Of a stretch of 64,000 bases of DNA, positions 27,802-38,048 are shown piece after piece. Source of the DNA: an uncultured Actinomycetes bacterium. Lineage in GTDB: Bacteria; Actinomycetota; Acidimicrobiia; IMCC26256; DASPTH01. The stretch lies in the NCBI GenBank assembly GCA_963756895.1, contig CAVWPI010000010.1, positions 16,649 through 80,648 of the forward strand, in the 5' to 3' direction. The position numbers and the translations under genes were made by a program. How positions within the stretch are numbered: position 1 is the stretch's first letter; every line of letters starts with the position of its first letter. Below the pieces are notes generated by a model. It ran no database searches. It was not told the origin of the DNA and saw only the letters and a list, made by a program, of their open reading frames with translations.

Positions 27802-29067
27802 TCATCGGGCGCTGAACGCGTCGCTGATCGCGACCAGCGAGGACTCGAGGTCGGTGCCGGGCGGATCGGGCAGCCGGACGGCCCCGCGGTCGCGTGACGG
27901 GAGGAGGATGGTGGCGGTGCCGGGCGTGGTGACGGTCCCGCGCTGGTTGGTCGCCGCGAGCTCGAGGTCGACCGCGGGGCGGTCGCCGTCGGCGAGGTAC
28001 TTGCGGGTGACGGTGCCGGTGAGGTGGTGGACGTCACCGACGTAGTTGAACCCGCGGAACGAGCACTCGAGCTTCCAGAGCCAGGCGTCGTCTCCCATCC
28101 AGTCGGTGCACAGGTGGATCAGCCACGTCTCGCGCATGCGGCCGTAGTCGTACGTAGTCGGGTTCCCGGCGTTGCGGGCCCACGCGGGATCCCAGTGCAC
28201 CCGTTGCATCACGTCGGGAACGCCCTGGTCGTCACGATGGAAGAACCGCGGGATCCGGCGCCGGTTCGCGACCCCGAGTCCGAGCGGCTTGACGTCGTAG
28301 AGGCCCATGCCCATGCCGACGTGCCAACACACCATGTCGGTGACCAGCATCGGGCCCTTCACCATCGGGCCCACCGGGTCACCCTCGTCGACGTCTTCCC
28401 AGAACCGCGGCTCGGTGCCCCGCCGGCGGTACGACGCGTACTCGGCGTCGAGCTCCGCGATCTGCTCCTCGGTCCAATGCGCCGGTTCGATGGCGTCGTA
28501 CTTCTTCTTCTCTCTCGCCTTCTTGCGCTCGGTGCGGATCATCAACCGGTACTGCCCCGACAACACCGTGCCGTCATCGTCGCGGAACACGTTCGCCGAC
28601 CACTCGTGCACCGCCCGCCCCGCGAACTCCGACGACTTGTCGAGCACCGCCACCATCGCATTGCGACGCCACACCCGACGGTCGGGCCGCAACGGCGCCC
28701 ACCACTCCCGCGCCGACGCGGAGTAGAACGCGTGCACCCCCCGCAACGGATCACCCTTCATCAGGTCGCGCTGGTCGTCGGGGACCGCGGTGACCTCGTC
28801 CTCGCCGATCAGGCTGTCGCCTCCCACCAGCGGAGGAGGCGCCAACGGACCACCCCACACGCTCGCAGCCGCGTAGTCGGGATCAACCCACAACGGGTTG
28901 TCGTCGCCGTAGCTCTCGGCCACGATCCGGAACGCATCCGTGTTCGGCCGCAGATAGTGCGGACGACGCGTCCACGGCTCCGCCACCCCCACCCGAGCCC
29001 GCAACCGGGCCACACCTTCATCGGTGATCTGGGGCTCGCTCGTCGCGTCTCTCGTCGTGCTGGTCAC
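27802..29067 (-). CDS. double hot-dog (FAS1-like dehydratase N-domain plus MaoC-like) acyl dehydratase/hydratase
   Basis: 421 aa with two hot-dog-like halves. This is my recognition of the MaoC-N/MaoC layout and is not verified by search. GTG start at 29067. Confidence 0.6.
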   Translation of the reverse strand: MTSTTRDATSEPQITDEGVARLRARVGVAEPWTRRPHYLRPNTDAFRIVAESYGDDNPLWVDPDYAAASVWGGPLAPPPLVGGDSLIGEDEVTAVPDDQRDLMKGDPLRGVHAFYSASAREWWAPLRPDRRVWRRNAMVAVLDKSSEFAGRAVHEWSANVFRDDDGTVLSGQYRLMIRTERKKAREKKKYDAIEPAHWTEEQIAELDAEYASYRRRGTEPRFWEDVDEGDPVGPMVKGPMLVTDMVCWHVGMGMGLYDVKPLGLGVANRRRIPRFFHRDDQGVPDVMQRVHWDPAWARNAGNPTTYDYGRMRETWLIHLCTDWMGDDAWLWKLECSFRGFNYVGDVHHLTGTVTRKYLADGDRPAVDLELAATNQRGTVTTPGTATILLPSRDRGAVRLPDPPGTDLESSLVAISDAFSAR

Positions 29068-29074
29068 AGGAACA

Positions 29075-29090
29075 CGGAATATACAATCTG
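29075..29090 (-). promoter_or_regulatory. second copy of the GATTGTATATTCCG promoter core (TATATT -10 box 10 nt before GTG 29067)
   Basis: The reverse complement of 29075..29088 is identical over 14 nt to 19931..19944. Confidence 0.45.
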
Positions 29091-29138
29091 CCGGCTCGGA
29101 CCACCCGGGCCCGCATCCCGCATCGAGCTGGAGCTCCC

Positions 29139-29972
29139 GTGACTTTTTCCGACGAGTTCGACGGCGTCCGCTTCGACGTCGCCGACGGCATCGCCACCAT
29201 CACCATCGACCGACCCGAGTCCGGCAACGCGCTCACGTCCGCGCAGCGCGTGCGCATGGGCGAGTGGTTCGCCCGGGCCGACGAGGACCTGGCCATCCGC
29301 TGCGTGGTCCTGCAGGCGACCGGCCGGTTCTTCTGCACCGGGGCCGACCTGAGCGGGGGCACCAACATCCCGGACGCTCCCGAACGACCGGCCGACGCCC
29401 CCGACGAGGTGATCGGTGACCGGCGCCGCATGATGCTGCGGGGCGCGATCAAGACGGTGAGCGCGATCCTCGACTGCGAGGTGCCGGTCATCGCCAAGGT
29501 GCAGGGCACCGCGGCGGGCATCGGCGCGCACCTTGCGTTCGCGTGCGACCTGGTGATCGCGTCGGAGAACGCCAAGTTCATCGAGGTGTTCGCCCGGCGC
29601 GCACTGACCGCCGACGGCCTCGGCACGTGGCTGCTCCCCCGCCTGGTGGGCCTGCAGCGGGCCAAGGAGCTGATCTTGCTGGCCGAGGACATCACCGCGC
29701 AGCGCGCCTACGAGATCGGCCTCGTCGCGCGGGTGGTTCCTGCCGACGACCTCGACGCCACCGTCGCCGCCATGGCCCGCAAGTTGGCCGACGGCCCCAC
29801 GCGCGCACACGCGGCGAACAAGTGGTTGCTCAACCGCTCGTTCGACGTCGACCGCGCCACGTTGGCGCAGGAAGAGGCATGGATGGTCGACCTCATGGGC
29901 CACAGCCTCGACAGCGCGGAAGGCGTCAACAGCTTCATCGAGAAGCGCGAACCCAAGTTCCGCGGGTACTAG
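29139..29972 (+). CDS. enoyl-CoA hydratase family
   Basis: IATITIDRPESGNAL, VVLQATGRFFCTGADL, VIAKVQGTAAGIGAHL. GTG is preceded by GGAG. Confidence 0.85.
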   Translation: MTFSDEFDGVRFDVADGIATITIDRPESGNALTSAQRVRMGEWFARADEDLAIRCVVLQATGRFFCTGADLSGGTNIPDAPERPADAPDEVIGDRRRMMLRGAIKTVSAILDCEVPVIAKVQGTAAGIGAHLAFACDLVIASENAKFIEVFARRALTADGLGTWLLPRLVGLQRAKELILLAEDITAQRAYEIGLVARVVPADDLDATVAAMARKLADGPTRAHAANKWLLNRSFDVDRATLAQEEAWMVDLMGHSLDSAEGVNSFIEKREPKFRGY

Positions 29973-29985
29973 GGGCGAGCGCGGC

Positions 29986-30546
29986 ATGGCCAAGGTGAGC
30001 TACGTGACGAACGTGTCCCTCGACGGGTACATCGAGGACGCGCAAGGCGGGTTCGACTGGACCGCGCCGAGCGACGAGTACTTCGCCTTCATCACGGAGC
30101 TCGTGCGCCCGGTCGGCACTTGGCTCTACGGACGGCGCCTGTACGAGACCATGGCGGTGTGGGAGACCGATCCCACCCTGGCCGCCCAGTCGGAGCTCCA
30201 GGCCGCGTTCGCGCACGTCTGGCGAGCGGGGGAGAAGGTCGTCTACTCCACGACGTTGGAGACCGTCTCGACCGCGAACACGCGGCTCGAGCGCCGCTTC
30301 GACCCGGACGCGGTCCGCGCCATGAAGGCGTCCGCTGCTGGTGATCTGACCGTCGGCGGGGCCGCCCTCGCGGCGCACGCGTTCGATGCCGGGTTGGTCG
30401 ACGAGTGCCACCTCTTCGTTGCTCCGGTGCTCGTCGGTGGAGGCAAGCCCGCGTTCCCCAGCGACGCCCGCGTCCAGTTGGAACTGCGGGAAGAACGCCG
30501 GTTCGACAACGGCGTCATGTATCTCCACTACGGCACCACGAGCTGA
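29986..30546 (+). CDS. dihydrofolate-reductase-like (RibD C-terminal domain) family protein
   Basis: VSLDGYIEDAQGGFDW...LYGRRLYETM...DECHLFVAPVLVGGGKPAFP. Confidence 0.75.
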   Translation: MAKVSYVTNVSLDGYIEDAQGGFDWTAPSDEYFAFITELVRPVGTWLYGRRLYETMAVWETDPTLAAQSELQAAFAHVWRAGEKVVYSTTLETVSTANTRLERRFDPDAVRAMKASAAGDLTVGGAALAAHAFDAGLVDECHLFVAPVLVGGGKPAFPSDARVQLELREERRFDNGVMYLHYGTTS

Positions 30547-30557
30547 CGGCGACGCGC

Positions 30558-31271
30558 TCAGCTGTCGACGGCGAACATCCCGCGTGACGCGAGGAGCTTG
30601 ATCACCAGGTTGCCCTGGTCGGTGAGCAGCGTCACGCACGCGTCGGCCGCGCGGTCGGCGTCACCGGCCTCGATGGCATCGACGATCGCGCTCGTGCCCT
30701 CCTGCTGCGTGGTGCCGCTCCCCGGCACGAGGCGAAAGAAGTTCCCCGGCACCACCGTTGACATGTTGCGCATCACGCTGCCGAGCCGCGGCGAGCGGGC
30801 GGTGGCGAGCAGGGTGCGGAGGAACGCGTCGTTGGTGTCGTGCAGCTCCTCCGGTGTGCTCGCCGCAGACAGCGCGTCCTGCGCGGCGCGCAGTCGCGCA
30901 CGGGCGTCGGGTGTGGCGCGGTCGACGGCTCGGCGTGCCGCCAGGCCGTAGACGAGGCCCAGCAGCTCGTAATGATCGCGCAACGCGTCCTCGTCGAGAC
31001 CGTGCACGAAGGCGCCGCGGTGCGGGGTTATCGTCAACCACCCCTCGCGGTCGAGGGCGATGATCGCCTCGCGCACCGGGATGCGGCTCACGCCGAGCTG
31101 GCGGGCGATGTCGTCCTGGTGGACGCGATCGCCCTGGCGGAGCTGTCCGTTGAAGATGAGCGTCCGCACGTGGATCGCCACCAGGTCACCGCTGCTGGGA
31201 CGGTCGATGAGCGGCACCGGCGAGAACCCGGCCGCCTCGTCCGGCGAGGAGGGCTCCTGCTTGGCGGCCAC
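30558..31271 (-). CDS. GntR-family regulator, FadR (FCD) subfamily
   Basis: GDRVHQDDIARQLGVSRIPVREAIIALDREGWL wHTH followed by an all-helical FCD-like C-domain. GTG 31271 has TAACGT 6 nt upstream, so the transcript is probably leaderless. Confidence 0.85.
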   Translation of the reverse strand: MAAKQEPSSPDEAAGFSPVPLIDRPSSGDLVAIHVRTLIFNGQLRQGDRVHQDDIARQLGVSRIPVREAIIALDREGWLTITPHRGAFVHGLDEDALRDHYELLGLVYGLAARRAVDRATPDARARLRAAQDALSAASTPEELHDTNDAFLRTLLATARSPRLGSVMRNMSTVVPGNFFRLVPGSGTTQQEGTSAIVDAIEAGDADRAADACVTLLTDQGNLVIKLLASRGMFAVDS

Positions 31272-31332
31272 GTGTATACGTTATGCGGATCAGGCCGCTA
31301 GGTCCTTCAGGCCTGCCCCTCGGGCGGGCACT

Positions 31333-32484
31333 TCAGGCGATCGCGCCCGCGTCCCGCAGACTCGACACCTCGGTGGCGCCGAAGCCGAACTCGGCGAGCA
31401 CCGCGTCGGTGTCGACGCCCGGGTAGGCGTAGGAGTCGCCCGCCTCGGGCACGGTGCGACTGAACCGCGGCGCCGGGGCGACCTGACGGCCGCCGTCGGG
31501 CGTGGGGACGAAGAGGTCGCGGGCGACGTTGTGCGGGTGTTCGTGCGCCTCACCGAAGCGGTAGACGGGCGCGAAGCACACGTCGGTGCCCGACAGCTGC
31601 GCCTCCCACTCGGCGCGCGTCTTGGTGCGCACCGCGGCGGCGATGCGCTCCTTCATCTCGGGCCAATGCGACCGGTCGTACTCCGCGGGCAGGTCGTCGC
31701 CGGCGATGCCGAGTTGCTCGAGCAGTTGCGCGTAGAAGTGCGGCTCGATCGGCGCGAGCGTGACGAACCGGCCGTCGGCGGCCTCGTACACCGAGTAGAA
31801 CGGCGAGCCCCCGTCGAACAGATTCGTGCCGATCTCTTCGGTGTGCATGCCCGACGCGGCCATGCCGTAGAACACCGAGAAGATCGACGCCACGCCGTCC
31901 ACCATCGCCGCGTCGACGACCTGACCCTTCCCCGAACGTTGGGCCTCGAACAGCGCGCACACGACGCCGTACGCGAGGTGCAGGCCACCACCGGCGAAGT
32001 CGCCGAGCACCTGGAGCACCGGTACGGGCGCACCGTGGGGCGCGCCGACGGATCCGATGGCGCCGGTGATCGACTCGTAGTTCAGCGAATGCCCCGCGCG
32101 GTGCGCGAGCGGGCCGTCCTGCCCCCAGCCGGTGAGTCGTCCGTAGACGAGCTTGGGGTTGCGCGCGAGTGCGGCGTCGGGTCCGACACCGAGGCGTTCC
32201 GCCACACCGGGCCGGAACGACTCGAGCAGGGCGTCGGCGCGCGCGGCGAGCCGCAGGACGACCTCGACGCCGTCGGGGTGCTTGAGATCGACACCGATCG
32301 AACGCCGGCCGCGGTCCCACTCCGAGAACCCCTTCGGCGGGTCGGGTGGCGTGGCGGGCACCTCGCCGGCGCGGTCGACGCGGATCACGTCGGCCCCCAT
32401 GTCGGCGAGCTTCAGCGTGCCGAACGGCAGAGCGCCGAGGCCGGCGAGCTCGACGATGGTGACGCCAGTGAGAGGACCGCTCAT
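31333..32484 (-). CDS. family III CoA-transferase / alpha-methylacyl-CoA racemase-like
   Basis: LTGVTIVELAGLGALPFGTLKLADMGADVIRVDR. 383 aa, single domain. Confidence 0.85.
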   Translation of the reverse strand: MSGPLTGVTIVELAGLGALPFGTLKLADMGADVIRVDRAGEVPATPPDPPKGFSEWDRGRRSIGVDLKHPDGVEVVLRLAARADALLESFRPGVAERLGVGPDAALARNPKLVYGRLTGWGQDGPLAHRAGHSLNYESITGAIGSVGAPHGAPVPVLQVLGDFAGGGLHLAYGVVCALFEAQRSGKGQVVDAAMVDGVASIFSVFYGMAASGMHTEEIGTNLFDGGSPFYSVYEAADGRFVTLAPIEPHFYAQLLEQLGIAGDDLPAEYDRSHWPEMKERIAAAVRTKTRAEWEAQLSGTDVCFAPVYRFGEAHEHPHNVARDLFVPTPDGGRQVAPAPRFSRTVPEAGDSYAYPGVDTDAVLAEFGFGATEVSSLRDAGAIA

Positions 32485-32560
32485 GGAGCGGTACGGTACG
32501 GCCCGCGCACAGCCACCACCAAGCATCGAGCCACACAGCACCGACATCAGGGGGAACGCG

Positions 32561-33319
32561 ATGAGCGACGGACGCTTCGACGGGAAGGTCGCGCTGGTCA
32601 CCGGCGCCGGTTCGGGCATCGGCCGGGCGGTCACCGTCCGTCTCGCCACCGAAGGTGCCGACATCCTCGCCCACGACCTCAACGGTGACGCGCTCGCGGA
32701 GACCGCCAAGCTCGTGGCCGAGGCCGGGGCCACCGTCACCACGCGCACCGGCGACATCAGCAGCCGCGACGAGTGCGTCGCCACCGTCGCCGCGACCGTG
32801 GAGCAGTTCGGCGGCCTCGACGTGCTCGGCAACATCGCCGGCATCGCGCGCGCCGAGCACTTCCCCGACGTGGAGGAGCGCGCCTATCGCCAGATGATGG
32901 GCGTGAACGTCGACGGCTGCTTCTTCCTCGCGCAGGCCGCCATCCCGCACCTGCTCGAGCGCGACGGCAACATCGTGAACATCGCGTCGAACGCCGGCCT
33001 CATGGGGCAGGCCTACACCGTCGCCTACTGCATGACCAAGGGTGCGATCGTGCAGATGACGCGAGCGCTGGCCATGGAGTACTCGAAGGCGCCGTTGCGC
33101 GTGAACGCGATCGCGCCGGGCGGCGTCGACACGTCGCTGAGCCGCAACTTCCAGATCCCCGAGGACCTCGACTTCGAGCTCATGGCGCGGTACACCGGCT
33201 TCCGTTCGATGGGCTCCGCCGACGACATCGCGGCGATGTTCGCGCTGGTCGCGTCCGACGAGGGCCGCAGCATCCACGGCGCGATCCTCTCGGTCGACCG
33301 CGGGATCACCGCCGGCTGA
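32561..33319 (+). CDS. SDR-family oxidoreductase
   Basis: GKVALVTGAGSGIGRA, NIAG, YCMTKGA. ATG is preceded by GGGGGAA. Confidence 0.85.
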   Translation: MSDGRFDGKVALVTGAGSGIGRAVTVRLATEGADILAHDLNGDALAETAKLVAEAGATVTTRTGDISSRDECVATVAATVEQFGGLDVLGNIAGIARAEHFPDVEERAYRQMMGVNVDGCFFLAQAAIPHLLERDGNIVNIASNAGLMGQAYTVAYCMTKGAIVQMTRALAMEYSKAPLRVNAIAPGGVDTSLSRNFQIPEDLDFELMARYTGFRSMGSADDIAAMFALVASDEGRSIHGAILSVDRGITAG

Positions 33320-33340
33320 GCGCTCGCCGCGTCGCCGGCT

Positions 33341-34456
33341 TCACGAGGCCGGCGTCGAGGCGCGGGCCTCGGCCAACCGCCGACGCACGCGGTACGACGG
33401 ATCGTCGGGCGCGAGCTGCTCGGCGCGGGTGAACGCGTCGGCCGCCGCGACGTCGTCACCGAGCGCGAAGCGAACCAGGCCGAGGAGCCCCCACGCCCAC
33501 TCGCCGAAGACGCGTTCGTCGTACGACACTCCGGTGGCGATGATGGCGTCGTCCCCGAGGTCGACCAGCCAGTCGAGCGGTTCGAGTGCGTCGCGGGGTC
33601 GACCGGTGGCGAACGCGAGTCGGGCTGCCGCGAGCTCGAGCGTCGGCGTGCGCGAGAACTGCTCACGCGCTTCGGCGACGAGCACCTCCAGCTCGTTGTC
33701 GATGACGCCGTTGGCGAGCAGGTGGTGCACGAGGTCGACATAGAGCAGCCGGTCGTCGGGATCGACCACATCGCGCACGCGCGCCTGCGCGATGCCCCGC
33801 TTCCACGTGTCGACCGCCCGTTCGCCGTCACCCGAGGCCTGATAGATCCGGGCCAGGTGGTCGTAGACGAACGGTCGGTCGGGGTCGTGGGCGATCTCGG
33901 CGACGAGCAGGGGCTCGGCGCGCACCCGCTCGTCGGACCGAGCGCCGTCGTCACCGAGGCGGTGGATGGTGAAGGGGTCGAAGGTCTCGATCTCGAGCGC
34001 CGCGGCGTGCGCGGCGGCATCGATCGCCGGTGCGACGGTCTCGTGGATCCGACCGACGAAGCGGATGTCGGGGCGGTTGCGCCACAGGCGGTACTGCCGG
34101 AACGGTGTCCACCCCGGCCGGGGGACGAACCGCACCTGCAACGCGACGTACGGGTCGGCGCGGGCGAGGAACTCGCGCGCTCCGCCCAAGTCACCGCGCA
34201 CCACTTCGTCGGCGTCGACGGTGAGGACCCAATCGCCGGTCGCGAGGTCGAGGCCGCGGTTGCGCGGGGCGGCGAAGTCTCCCTGCCACGGCTCGTGCGC
34301 CACCACCGCGCCGTGCTGCTCCGCGACCGCCAGCGTGCGCTCGATGGACCCCGTGTCGACGACCACGATCTCGTCGACGAGGCCCGTCAGCGAGGTCAAG
34401 CAGGCGTCGAGGGAGTCGGCTTCTTCGTTGACGATGATGGCGGCCGAAAGCGACAC
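33341..34456 (-). CDS. family 2 glycosyltransferase fused to a TPR-like C-terminal domain
   Basis: VSLSAAIIVNEEADSLDACLTSL...VVVDTGSIERT...DADE (the DxD region), then helical repeats. GTG 34456. Confidence 0.65.
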   Translation of the reverse strand: MSLSAAIIVNEEADSLDACLTSLTGLVDEIVVVDTGSIERTLAVAEQHGAVVAHEPWQGDFAAPRNRGLDLATGDWVLTVDADEVVRGDLGGAREFLARADPYVALQVRFVPRPGWTPFRQYRLWRNRPDIRFVGRIHETVAPAIDAAAHAAALEIETFDPFTIHRLGDDGARSDERVRAEPLLVAEIAHDPDRPFVYDHLARIYQASGDGERAVDTWKRGIAQARVRDVVDPDDRLLYVDLVHHLLANGVIDNELEVLVAEAREQFSRTPTLELAAARLAFATGRPRDALEPLDWLVDLGDDAIIATGVSYDERVFGEWAWGLLGLVRFALGDDVAAADAFTRAEQLAPDDPSYRVRRRLAEARASTPAS

Positions 34457-34506
34457 CGCATCGGATCGTACTCGCCTGCGCGCGTGGCGGCAGGTCCCCG
34501 GGCGGG

Positions 34507-36925
34507 TCAGCCGGCGACGGGCGGCGTGGTCTCCAGGATGCCGGCTGCGAGCAGGCGGTCGATCTCCTGGTCGTCCCGTCCGAGCAGCCCCCGGGCGATG
34601 GTGCGGGTGTGCTCCCCCAGCTCGGGAGCCTGGTGGACGTCGGGTCCCTCCATGTGCTCGCCGCGGAACGCGGCGCCGTCGAGCCAGAGCGGACCGACCC
34701 CCGGTTGGTCGATCTTCACCGCGAAGCCGCGCGCCGCGAACTGCGGGTCGCTCACCTGTTCCGCGCCCGTGAGCATGGGCGCGCCCGGGACCCCTTCGCG
34801 CTGGCAGCTCGCGGCGACGTCGTCCTTCGTGCGGGAGACGGTCCACTCGCCGATGCGCTCGTCGAGCTCGTCGGCGCGCCGCGGCGACCCTCGGCGGTCG
34901 CGAGGTCGGCGTCGCCCGCCCACGCCGGATTGCCCATCGCCGCGACCAGTCCCTGCCAGTCGGCATCGTCGCGGCACGTGATCGCCGCCCACTGCTCCTC
35001 GCCCGCGCAGCGGTAGAGACCCCACGGCGCGCCGACCTCGCTGCGGTTGCCCATCGGGACGACCGAGCCCGCGGTCACGCTCTCGGCGGCGATGAGGTCG
35101 CCGAGCATGCCGACCACGGTCTCGACCTGCGCCACCTCGACGTGCACCCCGTGGTTCACGCCCCGCGCGCGCGCCCGACCAGTGCTGCCAGTGACGACAC
35201 CGCGCCCAAGCAGCCGGCCACGTGGTCGGGGTAGATCGACGTCGATCCCGCAGGCGCATCGGTGTCGGCGTAGTTCCAGAGGTGCACGAGACCACCGGGC
35301 GGTTGGGTGCTCGGGCCGTAGCCCCGCCACCACGACCACGCGCCGTGCGAGCCCATCAACTGGCTCGACACCATCACCAGGTCGGGGTTCACCGCCTGCA
35401 ACGCGTCGAAGCCGATGCCGAGCTTGTCCATCGTGCCGGTCGAGTTGTTCTCGACCACGAGGTCGCTGCGTGCGGCCAGCTCGTGCAGGATCGCGACGCC
35501 CTCGGGCGTCTTCGCGTTCACACCGAAGCCGAGCTTGCTGCGACTCGACGACGCGAACGAGGGGTTGGTCTCCCCCCCGAGCTGGAGGCGCATGAAGTCG
35601 GTGTAGGTGCGGGACTCGATCTTCATCACCTCCGCGCCGTACTCGGCGAAGCGGCGGCCGACCTCCACCCCGACCGCACCGTGACCGAAGTCCATGACCC
35701 GCAGGCCCGCGAGCGGGAGCCCTCCGAGTGGTCGTCCGTCGACCGCGGCGCGCGTCGGCTCGGCGTCGCCACGAGATGCACCGAGGTCGGCGAACACCGC
35801 GTCGGTGTGCTCCCCCACCGCCGGCGGTGGAGCGTCGGGGCCCGCGCGCACGCCGTCGACCTCGAAGAAGCCCGACGGGATGGGCGCGGTGACGCCAGGC
35901 GCCACCTCGCGCTCCACGAGGGTCTGGCGCGAACGGAAGTGCTCGTTGGTGATGATGTCGGAGGGGGTCAGCGCGGGCGTGCACACGATGCCGCGCTTCT
36001 GCGCCTCCTCCGACACCTCCTCCATGCTCATGGTGGCGAAGTGCGCCTCGAACAGCGGGTTGAGCACGGTGTCGGCGATCTCGCGGCGCGCCATGAACCC
36101 GTCGAACGCCGGGTCCTGCAGGTAGTCGGGTTCGCCCAGCCACTCGCGCATCGCGTGCCACTGGCGGACGCTGAGGATGATCAGCCGCACGTAGCCGCCC
36201 TTGCAGGCGAAGATCGGGTAGATCGGTCCGTTGCCGAAGCGCACTTCACCGGCGGGGAACCCGGCTTCGATGCGCGCGGTCGCGTTGGGCAGCGCCCAGT
36301 CGGCGATCTGCGCGATGGCCTCGTTGGTCGCCACCTCGACGAATTGACCGGCACCGGTCTGCTCGCGCTGGTAGAGCGCGCACAACAGGCCGAACGCGCT
36401 CGTGACCGATGCGGCATCGTCGACCAGGTGGCCGGGCGGGAAGATGGGGGTGCGCTCGGGCACGCCGGCCTTGAACGCGATCCCGCCGGTGGCAGACAGC
36501 GTCGCGCTGGTCGCGACCCAGTCGGCGTACGGACCGTCGAGTCCGTACGGCGTGAGCGCGCCGACCACGAGGTGAGGATGGCGGGCCGCGAGGTCGCGGG
36601 TGTCGAGACCAGGCGCGAGCTCGACCTGCGACGTGACCAGGACGTCGGCGTGCGCGAGCAGATCGTGGAAGCGTCCGACGTCGGCGGCATCGTCGGTGCC
36701 GGCGAGGTCGAGCACCACGCTGCGCTTGCCCGCGTTGCGCACCGCGAACGCCAACGACACGCCGTTGCGCACGGGTGCCAGGCGGCGCGACGGCGAGCCA
36801 CCCGGCGGCTCGACCTTGACGACGTCGGCGCCGAGGTCACCGAGCAGGCGGGCGGTCAGCTCCCCGCGTTCGACGGTGCAGTCGACCACGCGCAGGCCGG
36901 ACAAGGGCAGTGCTTGTTCGCTCAT
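34507..36925 (-). pseudogene. second tandem-fused family III CoA-transferase, with two frame breaks (about 35162 and about 34880)
   Basis: LSGLRVVDCTVERGELTARLLGDLGADVVKVEPPGG and LAGLRVMDFGHGAVGVEVGRRFAEYGAEVMKIE lie in one 602-codon ORF. The last roughly 200 codons are spread over two further frames (..VNHGVHVEVAQVETVVG.. and ..ADELDERIGEWTVSRTKDD..ILETTPPVAG*). Confidence 0.75.
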
Positions 36926-36969
36926 CGGGGGCATCTCACCACAACCCGGCCGGGCCGCGCGCAACCGGC

Positions 36970-37518
36970 CTAGTGGTGGTCCTCGGTCGCGGCAGTGAGG
37001 GTGAGGGTGGGGGCCGGGTGCTCGGGTTCCGGTGCGCCCTTCACGGTCTGCTGGATCCAGCTGACGACCGCACCGTTGTCATATGTCTGGACGGCCTTGA
37101 ACGTGAGCTTGTTGGGCTTGGTCGGCAACGGGCCGGCCGACACGGTGAACAGGTCGAACTGACCGGGCGCGAGCCCTCCCGCGGTGGCGGTCCAGGTGAT
37201 CTTCGACACCGCCTCGGTGATCTCGCCGTCGTCGGTCACCACCGGCTTGGCCAACGTCGTCTTCTCGACCGCCGCCTCCCAGCCCGCCATCGGCTGGTAG
37301 CTCACGAACGCGATCGGGTACTTCGCGGGGAACGTGACCTCGACCTTCACCGTGTTGGCGTCCTGCTCCTCGTTGGGCACGTTGAAGCTCAAGACCTGGA
37401 ACCCGCCCTTCGGCGCGCTCGACGGGGTGACGCTCACGTGCGCGGCGGCGGGCAACGTGCCCAACGCCACCAGTCCCGTGACCAGCGCGGCGAGCGATGC
37501 CAGACGGATCTTCTTCAC
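36970..37518 (-). CDS. YcnI-family (DUF1775) secreted copper-binding protein
   Basis: Signal peptide, then a mature N-terminus HVSVTPSSAP (His brace). C-terminal HH. Confidence 0.75.
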   Translation of the reverse strand: MKKIRLASLAALVTGLVALGTLPAAAHVSVTPSSAPKGGFQVLSFNVPNEEQDANTVKVEVTFPAKYPIAFVSYQPMAGWEAAVEKTTLAKPVVTDDGEITEAVSKITWTATAGGLAPGQFDLFTVSAGPLPTKPNKLTFKAVQTYDNGAVVSWIQQTVKGAPEPEHPAPTLTLTAATEDHH

Positions 37519-37581
37519 GGATGTCCACCCCTCTTGCGGTCGATGTCGAGGATGAGTCGGCCGGAGGCGCGGAAAAGTTCC

Positions 37582-37902
37582 CTAGTGCCGGAGGGTGAGG
37601 AGACGGCCCGATTCGGCGACGTCGAACACCTGACGGATCGAGGCCGCCGGCGACTTCACCGTGAGCGCGATCCCGTGCTCCTCCGCGAAGCGCCACGCTT
37701 CCACCAGCACCGCGACGCACGACGAGTCCACCAGCGCGAGGTCGTCCATGTGGATCGCGATCGTCGCCGGGTGCTCCTTCGCCAACGTGAGGAGCTGGTT
37801 GCGGAACTGCCCTGCCGAGCGCCGGTCCATCTCGCCGATCACCTCGATGTCGACGTCACCCGCATGACGGGCGATGGAACAGGAGAACACCGTCTGCGCC
37901 AT
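37582..37902 (-). CDS. STAS-domain anti-sigma-factor antagonist
   Basis: 106 aa from ATG 37902. The DLALVDSSCVAVLVEA region has the conserved phosphorylatable Ser context. Confidence 0.7.
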   Translation of the reverse strand: MAQTVFSCSIARHAGDVDIEVIGEMDRRSAGQFRNQLLTLAKEHPATIAIHMDDLALVDSSCVAVLVEAWRFAEEHGIALTVKSPAASIRQVFDVAESGRLLTLRH

Positions 37903-38048
37903 GTCGAGGCCCCCTGACCGATGCGTTCCCCACGCCCGGGGACCGCGCACGAGCTGGTCAACGGCGCGCGGCGCCCGTTCCTTGACGGTTTCCCCCGGGA
38001 CCGGCGGCCACGTGTGACCGACGACACCGGGCGTGCTGGACTCGGGGC

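Noticed and set aside
31272-31279. GTGTATAC next to the GntR start as a GntR autoregulatory operator related to the GATTGTATATTCCG cores. GTATAC also recurs in the kdp spacer.
   Set aside because: Only the TGTATA hexamer is shared. GTATAC-type hexamers are expected several times by chance in 128 kb of two-strand sequence. At the GntR gene the element is better explained as part of a leaderless promoter (TAACGT -10 box, 6 nt before the GTG).
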